Shown here piece after piece: positions 1 through 10,200 of a DNA stretch of 64,000 nt. Source of the stretch: a virus. The first letter of the stretch is position 1. Each line of letters starts with the position of its first letter. The notes below the pieces were generated by a model. The model was not told where the DNA came from and did not search any database. It saw nothing but the letters and a program-made list of their open reading frames with translations. The stretch lies in the IMG/VR virus record IMGVR_UViG_3300027857_000004, positions 8,598-72,597 of that record, one strand, 5' to 3'. The translations under genes were made by a program, and so were the position numbers.

Positions 1-840
1 GTAAGCGTAGACGACGATGGGAAAAACAGGCTGTGGGAAGTTTTCCAGCCCAACCGGCTCGACAATGGGTGCCCGATTACGTGGGCGCTTTTCACGCGCG
101 GCATGTTCGGTCAAACTGCTAACGTAACACCGAAACCGCCGGGCAGTAAAATACGTTTGAAGTGGGTAGACGTCGCTCTCAGTGCTGTTGAGGAAGACCT
201 GGACATCGCGGTTAAATACGCAGGTGGCATGAGCGGCTCGTTTAAATCGACTCTCGTAAAGAAGCTGGAAGTTGAGCGAGGTAGCTTGTCGAACGACACT
301 GAAATTGATATTAACTCTCCAATTTTTCAGTTCAAGCCGGAATCTCGAACGATTCGGACCGAAGATGCCGCAGAGCAAACCGCACCGGAAAGCGGAGCGT
401 GCGGCGTAGAGAAGCATCAAGACGATTTTATTGATACGAATTTTCAGCTGCTGGTAGTCGGGCATGGACCGGTGACTATCCGCTGGATTCGTCCGGTGGC
501 TATCATGGAAGCACCCGAGCTTACCGGTAGCCCGTTTGCTTGCCAGGATGAAACCGGATTACACGCGGTTCGATACGATGGAGCAGCAACGAAAGCGGAT
601 ACGTTTGCAGAGTTGGTCACCGCTCTCGCGAACGCGCCTGAAGATTTGTTCACCTCTGTGGAAACGGTTACGCTGACCGAAGACGGATTCGTTGGGACCG
701 GAATCGGCACAGCCGAGAGCATTGTTTCGCAACGCGCGGCTGACCGAGTGGCTCAGATTATCGCAACCAAGTTCGCAGAACAGGAGTTGTCTGCGTTGGT
801 TCCTTTCATATATTCTACAGGCGAGGGCTTTGGGCCATGA
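1..840 (+). CDS. Tail/stabilisation protein (tail tubular B-like), 5'-truncated by the window edge
   Basis: Frame is open from base 1 (VSVDDDGKNRLWEVF...) into the listed 103..840 ORF; lies upstream of tail and internal virion genes. Function inferred from position. Confidence 0.5.
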   Translation, partial: VSVDDDGKNRLWEVFQPNRLDNGCPITWALFTRGMFGQTANVTPKPPGSKIRLKWVDVALSAVEEDLDIAVKYAGGMSGSFKSTLVKKLEVERGSLSNDTEIDINSPIFQFKPESRTIRTEDAAEQTAPESGACGVEKHQDDFIDTNFQLLVVGHGPVTIRWIRPVAIMEAPELTGSPFACQDETGLHAVRYDGAATKADTFAELVTALANAPEDLFTSVETVTLTEDGFVGTGIGTAESIVSQRAADRVAQIIATKFAEQELSALVPFIYSTGEGFGP

Positions 841-1415
841 AGTCGATAACATTTATTTACGCGTTAAAAGAGCCGGATACCGGAGAAATTCGATATGTGG
901 GAAAATCGGATTCCCCAAAGGAACGCTTTAAACAGCATGTTCGAGAAGCCAAAAAAGGTGGGACGCACAACCGGACGTGGATTTTATCTTTGCAAAAATT
1001 AGGGCTTCTTCCGGTTTTGGAAGTTCTGGATTCTGTGCCTAGCGTAGAATGGGATTTTTGGGAACGGGAATACATTCGGCTGTTTAAAGCTTTGGGGTTT
1101 CGTTTGACCAATACCACGGAGGGCGGAGACGGAGTATTTTTACGAGTGCCTGGATTTACAGGTAAGAGGCATTCAGAAGAATCCAACGAAAAGAATCGTT
1201 TAGCGCATTTGGGTAAGAAAAGACCCCCAGAGGAGTGCGAAAAAATTTCTTTGGCTTTGAGAAAAAGGTCTGCCGAAGTTCGAGACCGGGCCGCTTCTAA
1301 ATTGCGAGGCATTCCCAGACCAGTGCACGCCAAACCGTCTTTTGCAGGCCGAAAGCATTCATTGGAATCGCGATTAAAAATGAGCGAATCGGCAAAAAAG
1401 AGGAGGGTCGCGTGA
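837..1415 (+). CDS. GIY-YIG homing endonuclease with NUMOD3-like tail
   Basis: FIYALKEP...RYVGKS...RFKQH, LTNTTEGGDG, GKRHSEE/GRKHSLE repeats; 4-nt overlaps with both neighbours. Confidence 0.9.
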   Translation: MKSITFIYALKEPDTGEIRYVGKSDSPKERFKQHVREAKKGGTHNRTWILSLQKLGLLPVLEVLDSVPSVEWDFWEREYIRLFKALGFRLTNTTEGGDGVFLRVPGFTGKRHSEESNEKNRLAHLGKKRPPEECEKISLALRKRSAEVRDRAASKLRGIPRPVHAKPSFAGRKHSLESRLKMSESAKKRRVA

Positions 1416-2767
1416 TTTCAAATTTGGTATTGGATACCTTATTTTCAAGGCGTCCAAAAATAAGGTATGTGTCTCCGCCGATTTGCGGGCTCATCCAGTC
1501 GCCCACAAGCTCCGGCGCCCCGGCAGTGTCGCTCGAAACAATCAGCCCATTGGGCACGGTTCATTACTTTTTCACTGATGGCGGTCTAACGTGGGACTCG
1601 TATCCAGGCGCGATTTGTTACAATGTTTACCGTTCTAACCTGGGCTCGACTTCTTTTCTTGGGATTGTCGAGTGCGGACCGCAACAGATTTTGCCCGTCG
1701 ACCCAGGGTGCTACGTTGTCACCGGGGTAACGCAGGATGGAGAAACACCATTCGGGCAGCCCATCTGCACTCAAACGCACATTCCGCCTTGCTCGGTGCC
1801 GGTGCATTATTTTATCACGGATGCTATCGGAGGTTTGGTGTTGCGTTGGGACGCTTTTCCAGATGCAACCTGTTACAACGTTTATCAGGACGGCACGAAA
1901 ATCCAATCGTGCATACCTTTACAGGACGTGCCGGTCTCGCCCCCTTTAACGGGTCAGACTTGCTTTGTAGTCACCGCGATTGCTCCTTGTGGCGAAACTC
2001 CGCAGAGCACACCGGTTTGTTTGTCGCCACCTCCACCTCCGCCATTGCGAAATGGACTCGTGGGGTATTGGCCTTTGGATGAACAGGTAGGAGTTACCCC
2101 GGTCTATAATCCGCCCGCGATTGATTTTTCAGGAAACGGAGAAAATCTCCCACTTACGAACGGTCCGAGTGCACAATCGAACACCGGGCTCGTCAATCGC
2201 TGCTTTTTCCAGAGCACCAGTGCGAACCTGTCGCACCCGGACGATGCTTTTCTGGGCATGGGACCGGGCAAATCGTTTACCATGACCGGCTGGACATTGG
2301 GAATTGGTTACGGATTCAGCAGTGCTATAGTCTATTCGAAATGGTCAGTCGCTAACAAAGATTATGCAGTTTATATCGCGGACGATGGGGTAAATTTTCA
2401 ATTGAAGTTCACGGCATACGATTTGACGGGTTCGCCGCAAACCGCTATTTACGCGGTGCCAGTGGCAGGGCGCCCCAATAACACGGATTGGCATTTCATC
2501 GCGTTCGGATACGACGATTCTTTGCAGCAAATCTGGTTGCAGCTCGACAACGGAACAAAGGTAACCGCTCCGTGCGTTGGCGTTCATCGAACAGTGGCTC
2601 CATTCGGTTTAGCGGACACGACCAACACGGCGGACATTGCGCCGTCTGCCGGTTCTATCGGTAATTACGACGAGACCGCTTTTTGGGACCGTCCGTTAAC
2701 TGCGGCTGAACTGACTCTGATTTACAACACGAACCTGGGCGGCCAGCCGCTCTCAATCCTTATTTAA
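1412..2767 (+). CDS. Tail/surface protein: two Cys-rich FN3-like repeats, polyproline linker and a LamG/ConA-like domain
   Basis: Repeats WD.(Y/F)P.A.CYNVY...VVT....GETP; SPPPPPP; GLVGYWPLDE...WHFIAFGYD...YDETAFWDRPLTAAE (LamG signature). Confidence 0.75.
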   Translation: MISNLVLDTLFSRRPKIRYVSPPICGLIQSPTSSGAPAVSLETISPLGTVHYFFTDGGLTWDSYPGAICYNVYRSNLGSTSFLGIVECGPQQILPVDPGCYVVTGVTQDGETPFGQPICTQTHIPPCSVPVHYFITDAIGGLVLRWDAFPDATCYNVYQDGTKIQSCIPLQDVPVSPPLTGQTCFVVTAIAPCGETPQSTPVCLSPPPPPPLRNGLVGYWPLDEQVGVTPVYNPPAIDFSGNGENLPLTNGPSAQSNTGLVNRCFFQSTSANLSHPDDAFLGMGPGKSFTMTGWTLGIGYGFSSAIVYSKWSVANKDYAVYIADDGVNFQLKFTAYDLTGSPQTAIYAVPVAGRPNNTDWHFIAFGYDDSLQQIWLQLDNGTKVTAPCVGVHRTVAPFGLADTTNTADIAPSAGSIGNYDETAFWDRPLTAAELTLIYNTNLGGQPLSILI

Positions 2768-2768
2768 T

Positions 2769-3602
2769 ATGGCACTCAAAGCAACAAACCTAACGCTGCA
2801 GGTGGCGCCGCTGCCTCCGACATTCAAAGGGACTCCGAACGATTTAGTCGCGCAAATCGTCGCGCGGACTCGAATTCTTTCGCCGAGCGGCACGAATTTC
2901 ATTTTCATCGGCGACACCGAGCCGACGAGCAATGTGGGTCCGTGGCTCAAAGGCGGCACACAATGGTGGGTCTGGTCCGACACGCTAAATAAGTATGTCC
3001 CGGTCGACATTTCGGCATCGTTCACGATTCCATTTTGGGTCAGCAACTCGCAGCCTCCGAATGCTACGCCGCCGGTGTGGCTGAAGACCGAGAAAGACCA
3101 GACTGACCAAACAATCGGTCAATTCGGAAATCCGGTAGGCTGGTTTTTCTGGAACCCGGCTACTTCGGCCTGGGTGCCGTGGAATTCTGAACCGATTTCT
3201 GGGCCAACATCTGCGCGACCGGCTAATCCGGAAAATCTTCAGCAATTCTATGACACTGATATCGGCTGCTTGATTTGGTTCGAGCGTAGCCAGTGGCGGA
3301 CTGTGTCAGGCGTTCCCGGGGACGTCAAATCGGTTCTGTTCACCACCTTGGGGGCTGCCTTGATAGCGAACCCAGGCTGGGCAGTTGTTGGCGACGTCGC
3401 CCCTCAGTTGATTGGCCGGGTAATCATGCAGGCCACTCAAGACCCAGGTGCGACTCCGGCGGCTGTGCTAAATCCGCCAACGAACGTGCCATCGCGCGCG
3501 GCTTTCGACACGTTCGGTGAAAACTCCGGAATTCAGTCAAATCCAGGGAGCACGCTGACAATTCCGCCCCAGGTAGCGCTCTGGCACCTGTATAAGCAGT
3601 AA
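2769..3602 (+). CDS. Putative tail fibre/virion structural protein
   Basis: Trp/Pro-rich ORF with GDVK tail-collar-like segment, within the tail module. Confidence 0.45.
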   Translation: MALKATNLTLQVAPLPPTFKGTPNDLVAQIVARTRILSPSGTNFIFIGDTEPTSNVGPWLKGGTQWWVWSDTLNKYVPVDISASFTIPFWVSNSQPPNATPPVWLKTEKDQTDQTIGQFGNPVGWFFWNPATSAWVPWNSEPISGPTSARPANPENLQQFYDTDIGCLIWFERSQWRTVSGVPGDVKSVLFTTLGAALIANPGWAVVGDVAPQLIGRVIMQATQDPGATPAAVLNPPTNVPSRAAFDTFGENSGIQSNPGSTLTIPPQVALWHLYKQ

Positions 3603-3632
3603 TAGCGGTAAGGCCCGAATAGAGCGACTGTT
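3603..3632 (+). promoter_or_regulatory. Phage-type promoter TAGCG-N17-CGACTGTT
   Basis: Matches motif recurring 13 times; ATG at 3638 follows directly. Confidence 0.75.
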
Positions 3633-3637
3633 AGTAG

Positions 3638-4078
3638 ATGATTCGTCGCTTGAAACGGCCAGATGAAATATCGCTTACGATTGAGAAGGTGATTTTGGGC
3701 TGTCCGGAGCGGAACTGGACACCAAAGCGCATTAGCGCGTGTTCGCTAGTTGAGGCGTTTTCACCGCGCGGTGAACAGGTGAACATCTACGGTGCGTTTG
3801 AGCCGGAGGCAGTTGGATTTTTGATAGGGTTCGTAATTGATGACCCGACGACCGGAGAGAAGACCGGCAGCGAAATGTGCTGGTTCGTGTTGCCCGAATA
3901 CCGGGGAACTGGAGTTGCAAAAGCTTTGTTGGGTGCATTTGAAAGCGATGCTAAAGCGGCTGGAGCAACGCGAATGCTCGCTGGGTTTTCGATGTTCGTG
4001 CACGTGCCGAAGATGATTAAGCTTTACAGGCATCTGGGGTATCAGCCCCATTTGGTGACGGTCAGCAAAAAGATTTAA
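3638..4078 (+). CDS. GNAT-family acetyltransferase
   Basis: WFVLPEYRGTGVAKALL acetyl-CoA motif A and LYRHLGY. Confidence 0.85.
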   Translation: MIRRLKRPDEISLTIEKVILGCPERNWTPKRISACSLVEAFSPRGEQVNIYGAFEPEAVGFLIGFVIDDPTTGEKTGSEMCWFVLPEYRGTGVAKALLGAFESDAKAAGATRMLAGFSMFVHVPKMIKLYRHLGYQPHLVTVSKKI

Positions 4079-4079
4079 T

Positions 4080-5069
4080 ATGGGTGACGTTCTTGGATTC
4101 GTTGGGCAGCTCGGTGCGGCAGGCATTAGCGCGGAAGCGGCTCAGACCGCGCAGGAAATGCAGCTCGCTGCCATTCAGCAGCAGCGGCAGTTCGTCTATT
4201 CCAATCTCGACCCGAGCGTAATCGGCTCAGCTGCCACTGCCGCTGATGCTGCTCGCGCAAAGAATCAGCTCGCGCTACAAGGACAGATTGACCCCGCACT
4301 GCTTCAGGCTAGGTATGCGAGCGAAGCGAAACTGAATTCAGACCTTTCGAGTCTGGGGGTTCAATCAGGACAAGTTGCTGACCAAGCGACGAAAGAAGCG
4401 CTCGCGGGCACACCCGGGCTGACCGATGCGAAAAACAAATTGGTAGATGCTGCGTTAGACCAGCTCAAGGCTGGCGCAACTCTTCCGCCCGATGTCGAGG
4501 CGCAGCTTGTCCAGTCCGGACTGGAAAATACCGGAACGGTCACCCAAGGCGTAGGCGGCGCTCAAGGAATCGGTGGCACGATGCTGAGAACGATTCTCGG
4601 AACTGCCGGTGTGAACCTTCAGCTGCAGCGGCAGAATCAGGCAGCCCAGTTGCTGACGTCCGCTTCGAATCTCGATGCGCAACGGCAACAGATTCTGCAA
4701 GGACTTTTTCCCAAGTTGCAGTCTCAACAGCTTTCAAATCTCGCAGGCGCCGGTTCTGTTTTTGGAACCGCGCAATCTGCCGCGCCGAATGCCGGGCTCA
4801 GTGGCCAAGACGTGGCTAACATTTGGCTCGCGCGAGTCGGTGCAACTAACTCGCTGACCGCGCAACAGGGTCAAGTGTTGGCTCAAGGCGCGATGAACCA
4901 GGGCAACATCTGGAGCAATGCGTTGGGCGGAGCGACCGGCTCGGTCGGAAACTCTCTGCCGACCTTGGCACAAATCGTTAAATCGTCCCCCTCGACAGGC
5001 TACACCCCGATAACGCCATCTGCCGCTGCGAGTGAAGGCGGAGATATTCCGATAAGCCCGAATTTTTAA
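4080..5069 (+). CDS. Internal virion/ejection protein
   Basis: Ala/Gln/Gly-rich 329-aa ORF in the position typical of podoviral ejection proteins. Confidence 0.55.
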   Translation: MGDVLGFVGQLGAAGISAEAAQTAQEMQLAAIQQQRQFVYSNLDPSVIGSAATAADAARAKNQLALQGQIDPALLQARYASEAKLNSDLSSLGVQSGQVADQATKEALAGTPGLTDAKNKLVDAALDQLKAGATLPPDVEAQLVQSGLENTGTVTQGVGGAQGIGGTMLRTILGTAGVNLQLQRQNQAAQLLTSASNLDAQRQQILQGLFPKLQSQQLSNLAGAGSVFGTAQSAAPNAGLSGQDVANIWLARVGATNSLTAQQGQVLAQGAMNQGNIWSNALGGATGSVGNSLPTLAQIVKSSPSTGYTPITPSAAASEGGDIPISPNF

Positions 5070-5075
5070 AGCCGC

Positions 5076-5555
5076 ATGATACTCAATAACGGCTGGACAG
5101 TTAATACCTTGATTCCTCAATCGGTCCGCGACCTGATTGGGACATTCGGCACTTCGTCCAGCACTCAGGTTGACCCCTCCGCATTGGCGGAAAGAAAAGA
5201 CATGATGGCAGAAGGCTACCGTGGCTTTTTCAGACCGCTACCCAGGCAGGTGGCGCCACCCGCTCCGGCGCCCGCAACGCAGCCGGTGTCTGTTCCTGCT
5301 TCGCCCAGTCTGTTATCGGCAGTCTTCGGAAACGGTAACAAGCCGGTGCAGAATTTTAACGCGTCTGGGAATTTTCAACCGGTGCCGCCGCCTGAACCGA
5401 GCAGCCCGTCATTTTTTCAGGTGCCTTCATTTTCGGAATCCGGTTGGGTAAGTCCGACTATGGATTCGAGCGGCTTTTATCAGATTCCTAAGTCAACACC
5501 GTCGAACGTCAGGCCGATAATGCCGGTAGCGTCGACTCAAATGCAACCGAGATAA
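5076..5555 (+). CDS. Pro/Ser-rich hypothetical protein
   Basis: ORF packed tightly between virion genes. Confidence 0.5.
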   Translation: MILNNGWTVNTLIPQSVRDLIGTFGTSSSTQVDPSALAERKDMMAEGYRGFFRPLPRQVAPPAPAPATQPVSVPASPSLLSAVFGNGNKPVQNFNASGNFQPVPPPEPSSPSFFQVPSFSESGWVSPTMDSSGFYQIPKSTPSNVRPIMPVASTQMQPR

Positions 5556-5559
5556 TTTT

Positions 5560-7290
5560 ATGGCAGGAATAGGTCAAGATGCAGCGCCCGTTTCAGTTCC
5601 GGAAGGTCCGCTAGTTTCGCCGTCTGTGCTGCCCGACCAAAACGCGGCAGTTCAGAACATGATTGATGCGTTTCACAAGGGCTTTATAACTAGCCAGGAC
5701 ATTGTGGACAGGATTGGCGACCGCGGACAAGCTCAGAAAAAGGCGTTGCTTGAATCTCTCGGTGAATACGTTTCGCCTGACGCGATTAACTCGCGCATGG
5801 CTGCTTACAAGGCATCCGGTGCGCAGTCCGCTCTTGCGACTCAGGCTGCCCAGGCGCAATCAGCGGCTGGACTGCCCCAGGCGACCGCAGGACTCGCTGC
5901 GACACAAACAGCGGCTGCCCAAGCGGCAACCGTTGGGGGCGCCGCCGGTCTTCAAGCTTTTCAATCTTACGCACCGTGGTATGGCGAATCGCCGGACGAC
6001 TACAAGACGTCTACCGGCGCACCGGACTTCGCTGCGATGACGTCGCGCGGCAACAAGATGAACGCCGAAATGGCGCTCTCGCAAAACTGGATTAGCCAGC
6101 TCACCCCGGCTACGGACAGGACTGTAAAGGATGCCGCCGGTGGCGAATACACTCAGAAGCTAAATAAGTTCGGCGTGAACGTAACGCCTCCGGACCCGAA
6201 TTCTGGCTACCCAGGTTCGCCCGCATACTGGGCCTATGTGAAGCAGCTCGATAAGGTGCTGCCGGAGTTTCATCCGATGCGCGGTCAGTTTTTGATGACT
6301 CCGACAGGTGGTGATGACACAGTTCCTGGGCATCCGGCTGGAACCGTTTCGCCGCACACTCCGGCGCCCGTCCAAGGTGCACCCACGATATACGGCACCG
6401 GCGTGACCGGCGGAGAACCTGCCCAAATTTCTGCGGCTCGTGCGCAGCTAGTGAACAGCGGCATGGAACCGGTTGCGGTGAATCAGCTCACCCCCGCGCA
6501 AGTTCAATCGCTTGTCACTCCGGCTGCCCCATCGTTGCCGGGTATTCCTCCGACCGCTCCGGTGATTCAACCTGCTGCTTCCACACCTACCGCAGCCGGG
6601 CTCATCCAACCTGGAGTGCCTCCGGCATCCGCTCTCGGTGTTCCAACTGTCGCGGCGAAAGGTTCGTATCAAACGCCGAGCGACATCAAAACACAGTTGG
6701 TGTCCGACCCGGTTTACAAGACGTTCGCTGAGCAGCAAAAATACGCTGAGAACTTCAAGACCGTCGCGGACGCAATCGAATCGTCACCGGCGCCGAATAA
6801 GAAAGTTCAAATCAACAACGATATCGGGCTCGCCGAAAGCATCATCAAACTGTATGACCCGCAAGCCGCGTTGCGCGAATTCAAATGGTCAAAACTTGAG
6901 GAAGCTCAGCCTTGGCTGGAAAAAATCGGCGCGCTAAAATCGCTTGTGCTGCGAGAGGGCGCTTTCACGCCTGAATCTCGCCAGCGGTTGATTAAGATGG
7001 GCGACGATATCATTAACGGCATGGAAAGCTCGGTGAAAGGCCGGTTGCAACAGGCCGATTCGATTGCCCGCGCGTCCGCCCAGACCGCCGGGCAAGACCC
7101 ACAGACTTGGTCTAACCAAACGTTAACTTCGAACGAGAAGCGAATTTTGGCTGGTCAACCTTTTCGAGAGAGCGGTGCATCGGCAGCTACTGGCGCAATG
7201 CCAAAAGGTGTTCCACCTGGGTCTGTCCCGATGAATATTCCAGGCCGCGGCACAGTGTGGAAATCGCCAACCGGTCAATTCTTCCAATAA
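5560..7290 (+). CDS. Internal virion/ejection protein
   Basis: 576 aa, Ala/Pro-rich with helical C-terminus (NDIGLAESIIKLYDP); precedes the giant protein. Confidence 0.55.
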   Translation: MAGIGQDAAPVSVPEGPLVSPSVLPDQNAAVQNMIDAFHKGFITSQDIVDRIGDRGQAQKKALLESLGEYVSPDAINSRMAAYKASGAQSALATQAAQAQSAAGLPQATAGLAATQTAAAQAATVGGAAGLQAFQSYAPWYGESPDDYKTSTGAPDFAAMTSRGNKMNAEMALSQNWISQLTPATDRTVKDAAGGEYTQKLNKFGVNVTPPDPNSGYPGSPAYWAYVKQLDKVLPEFHPMRGQFLMTPTGGDDTVPGHPAGTVSPHTPAPVQGAPTIYGTGVTGGEPAQISAARAQLVNSGMEPVAVNQLTPAQVQSLVTPAAPSLPGIPPTAPVIQPAASTPTAAGLIQPGVPPASALGVPTVAAKGSYQTPSDIKTQLVSDPVYKTFAEQQKYAENFKTVADAIESSPAPNKKVQINNDIGLAESIIKLYDPQAALREFKWSKLEEAQPWLEKIGALKSLVLREGAFTPESRQRLIKMGDDIINGMESSVKGRLQQADSIARASAQTAGQDPQTWSNQTLTSNEKRILAGQPFRESGASAATGAMPKGVPPGSVPMNIPGRGTVWKSPTGQFFQ

Positions 7291-7291
7291 A

Positions 7292-10200
7292 ATGGCAGAC
7301 CCGATTACATTGACGCCGGACGAAATCGCTTCGGCGACTCCAATCACTCAGCCTACTGCTCAACCGGTGCAGCTCACGCCGGAAGAGATTGCTTCTGCTC
7401 AGCCGGTCAATCAGGCAAACCCGGTAAATCCTATTCGTGATTTCACGCCGGACCAGCTCGTCGCTCTCCAACGGCAAGCACCTGAGAGTTTCGATATCAT
7501 TCAGCAATTTCTCTCCGACCCGACCGCGCAAAAAGACCCTGCCGTTAGGCGGAACGCTGAGCAGGCGTATCATCAACTCCGCCAAGAGCCGTGGTATCAC
7601 GATTTGCCGACACCGGCGCAAATGGCGGGGTCTGTTGGCACTATCGTCAAAGGTTTCGGCAAGCAGGCGAGTAATTACGCCTATGCGGCAGCTGGCGCGC
7701 CCGCACTCGGAATCGCAACCGCAACCGGCGCAGGTGATGAACAATCCCGCCAAGAACTGGCGACCGAAATTCAGAACAAGATTGCAACGAACTGGGCAGG
7801 CACAGAGACCGGTCTCACCGGATTAATTTCGCAGATTGGCAAAGTAGTCAGCGCAACAGGCCGGGTGCTCCATATAAACAAGCAGCTCGCCGACTACACG
7901 CCGGAAGACAAAAGCGCAGCTTTTCAAGACGCGCTAACCCAGGCGCAGCAAATTCAATCAGCGATGAAGGGACAGGGACCGCTCATGCAAGCGGTGGGCG
8001 GCAACATCGTGCCGTCACTGAATCTCAAACCCGAAGAAGTTGCCACCGCAGCCGCTGGCGACCCATTTTCGTGGGAAGCGATGGGGACTGGATTAGGCGC
8101 AGCCGGGAAGCTAACGCGCGCCGCGATTCCCGAGGCGGCTCGCGCGGCGATTCAAGATGTTTCGCAACGGGCAGTCGACACACTCGCCAAAGGTGTGACC
8201 ATTCCCGCCGGTGCTGCTATTTCATCTTTTGGCAAACTGGCCGGTATGGGAATCGAAAGAGCCCCCGGCGCAGCGGCTGCCGGAGCTGTTCTTGGCGCCA
8301 CTCACGCACTCGGTCTCCCCGGTGAACTTAGCGGCTTCTTGGCTGCCGGTTTAAAAGACATTCGGTCTGCCCCGATAACTCGGCTAGGTGAAGCAGTCGG
8401 TCAAGCTGCCTCTGAGGCACCCGCATTCGGGCGACAAATTACCGGCGCTGAACCGGTCACCGGCGCCTACGCTCAATTAGGACGCGATATCGTCAAATCG
8501 ATTCCCACTGCCGTAGCAGATATCGGCAAAGGCGCGGCATTCGACCTGGGGCTCGCTGCGACGTCTGACACGCCGCAGGAAAAGCAAGCGGTTGGGCTGG
8601 GCACAACGTTAGGAATTCTCGGAGGCGTAGCTGGCGCAGGAAAACGCGCTCTAACCGGACAGCTAATTGCACCGCGCGAATTCACCGGCAACGCGAACTA
8701 TTTACCAGGAACTGGAACAGTTCCGATTTTGGAAGATTTGACCCGGCAAACGTTCCCCAGCATGACGCCGGGCCAGCGTGTCCGGTTCAACGCGACCAGA
8801 GATTTTCTGCGCGGCGCGAATCCGAATGCAGACATTTTCGTCAGCTCTGGCTCAGATGCGACAGCTAAAGCGTTGACCGACCTTGGCTACTCGCCGGACG
8901 ATGCTGCCCGGCTCAGCTCACAAGGTGGCGTCACAACCGAAATTAACGGTCACAAAGTCGCCATCGTCAATGCCGACAGCTTTGATACCGCGCCACACGA
9001 AGCTCGCCACGCGATTGAGAACGTAATGGGCGAGCAGGCACTCCGCCAGCTCGATGACGAAATCAGTTCCGCATACGGAACTAAAAACATGGACGCTATC
9101 GGGCGCTATTACACGTCCAAGATATTTCAGGGGCGAGACCCGGGCGCAAATTGGCAGACGCCTCTTCTCGATATCACGGGCGAAGGCGAGCGGATGGCGC
9201 GTGAGAAATTAATTCAGCAAGGAGTGCCGGACGACCAACTCAAACAGCAATCGTCCGACTGGGGAAATGTTTTGACTCCGGCGGAGATGCAAGACGCAGC
9301 GAACCGTTACGTGGCTCGCGAAATCGCCGCAGAGAATTTCAGCACTTGGTTCAGCAAGATGGGCGGAGACGTCAACGCGAAACAACAGGTGCCCGAGAAG
9401 CTCGCGCAATGGACAGCCGCCGTGATGAGAACCTTCGGCGCTGAACCGCTCGCCGGTCAGGTCAGTCCGCTTGGATTGCCGCTCTCCAGCAAAGTGATTC
9501 AACGAGTGGGTGAGCAGGCGCGTGAGTTGACCCGACCGAGTGTCGAACCGGCTGAAGAACCAGCTACCGGTGCGCCGAGACCCCCGGAAAAGGAAGCGCG
9601 CAACGCAGTCGAATTAGCGAGAACCGCGCCCGATGTTCCGGTAGCCGGTGGCACGAAATCGCAGCGTGAAATTCTCGGGACCGTCGCCGAAGCGATAGCG
9701 AACCGGACCGGCGTAAAGCTCAATTACCTGTCAGCGCCGGAGGAACCGGCTGCCGCTACGACGTCAAACCGGCCAGTTCGGCGTCAGATGATTGAGATTT
9801 TTCGCTCGATGCCGGAGTCGGCACGCAAACTCTGGGAGAAAACTTTCTTCCCCGACAAAGTCACGAAGTCGAAAAAGGGTTATCAAATTCAAGGCTGGGC
9901 ACCGGAAGTCTTTGCCGCCAATGCGCACAAGTTGGCAGGCACAATCGCCAGCACGCCGGAAATGGCTGGCCTGTCTCCGTATGAAGTCGACCCGGCAACA
10001 AAGTCATTTACGCCAGAAGCTTGGCAGCAACTGTATAACGACACCAGCCGATTTGTGGCGAATCAGCAGTCCGGACGCACCGGTTCAGGTGTCCCTCTCG
10101 AAGTTCCGCCGGGAATGCAAGAGAAGGGATTTTTCAAACCGCCGTTGAAACCGGGCGCAGGTTCGCTCGACCAACGCAAGGCCGATTTTATTTCGATGCT

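Noticed and set aside
837-1415. Group I introns housing the endonucleases
   Set aside because: Endonuclease ORFs overlap or abut the stop and start codons of intact neighbours, leaving no room for intron cores; polymerase and terminase motifs are uninterrupted.
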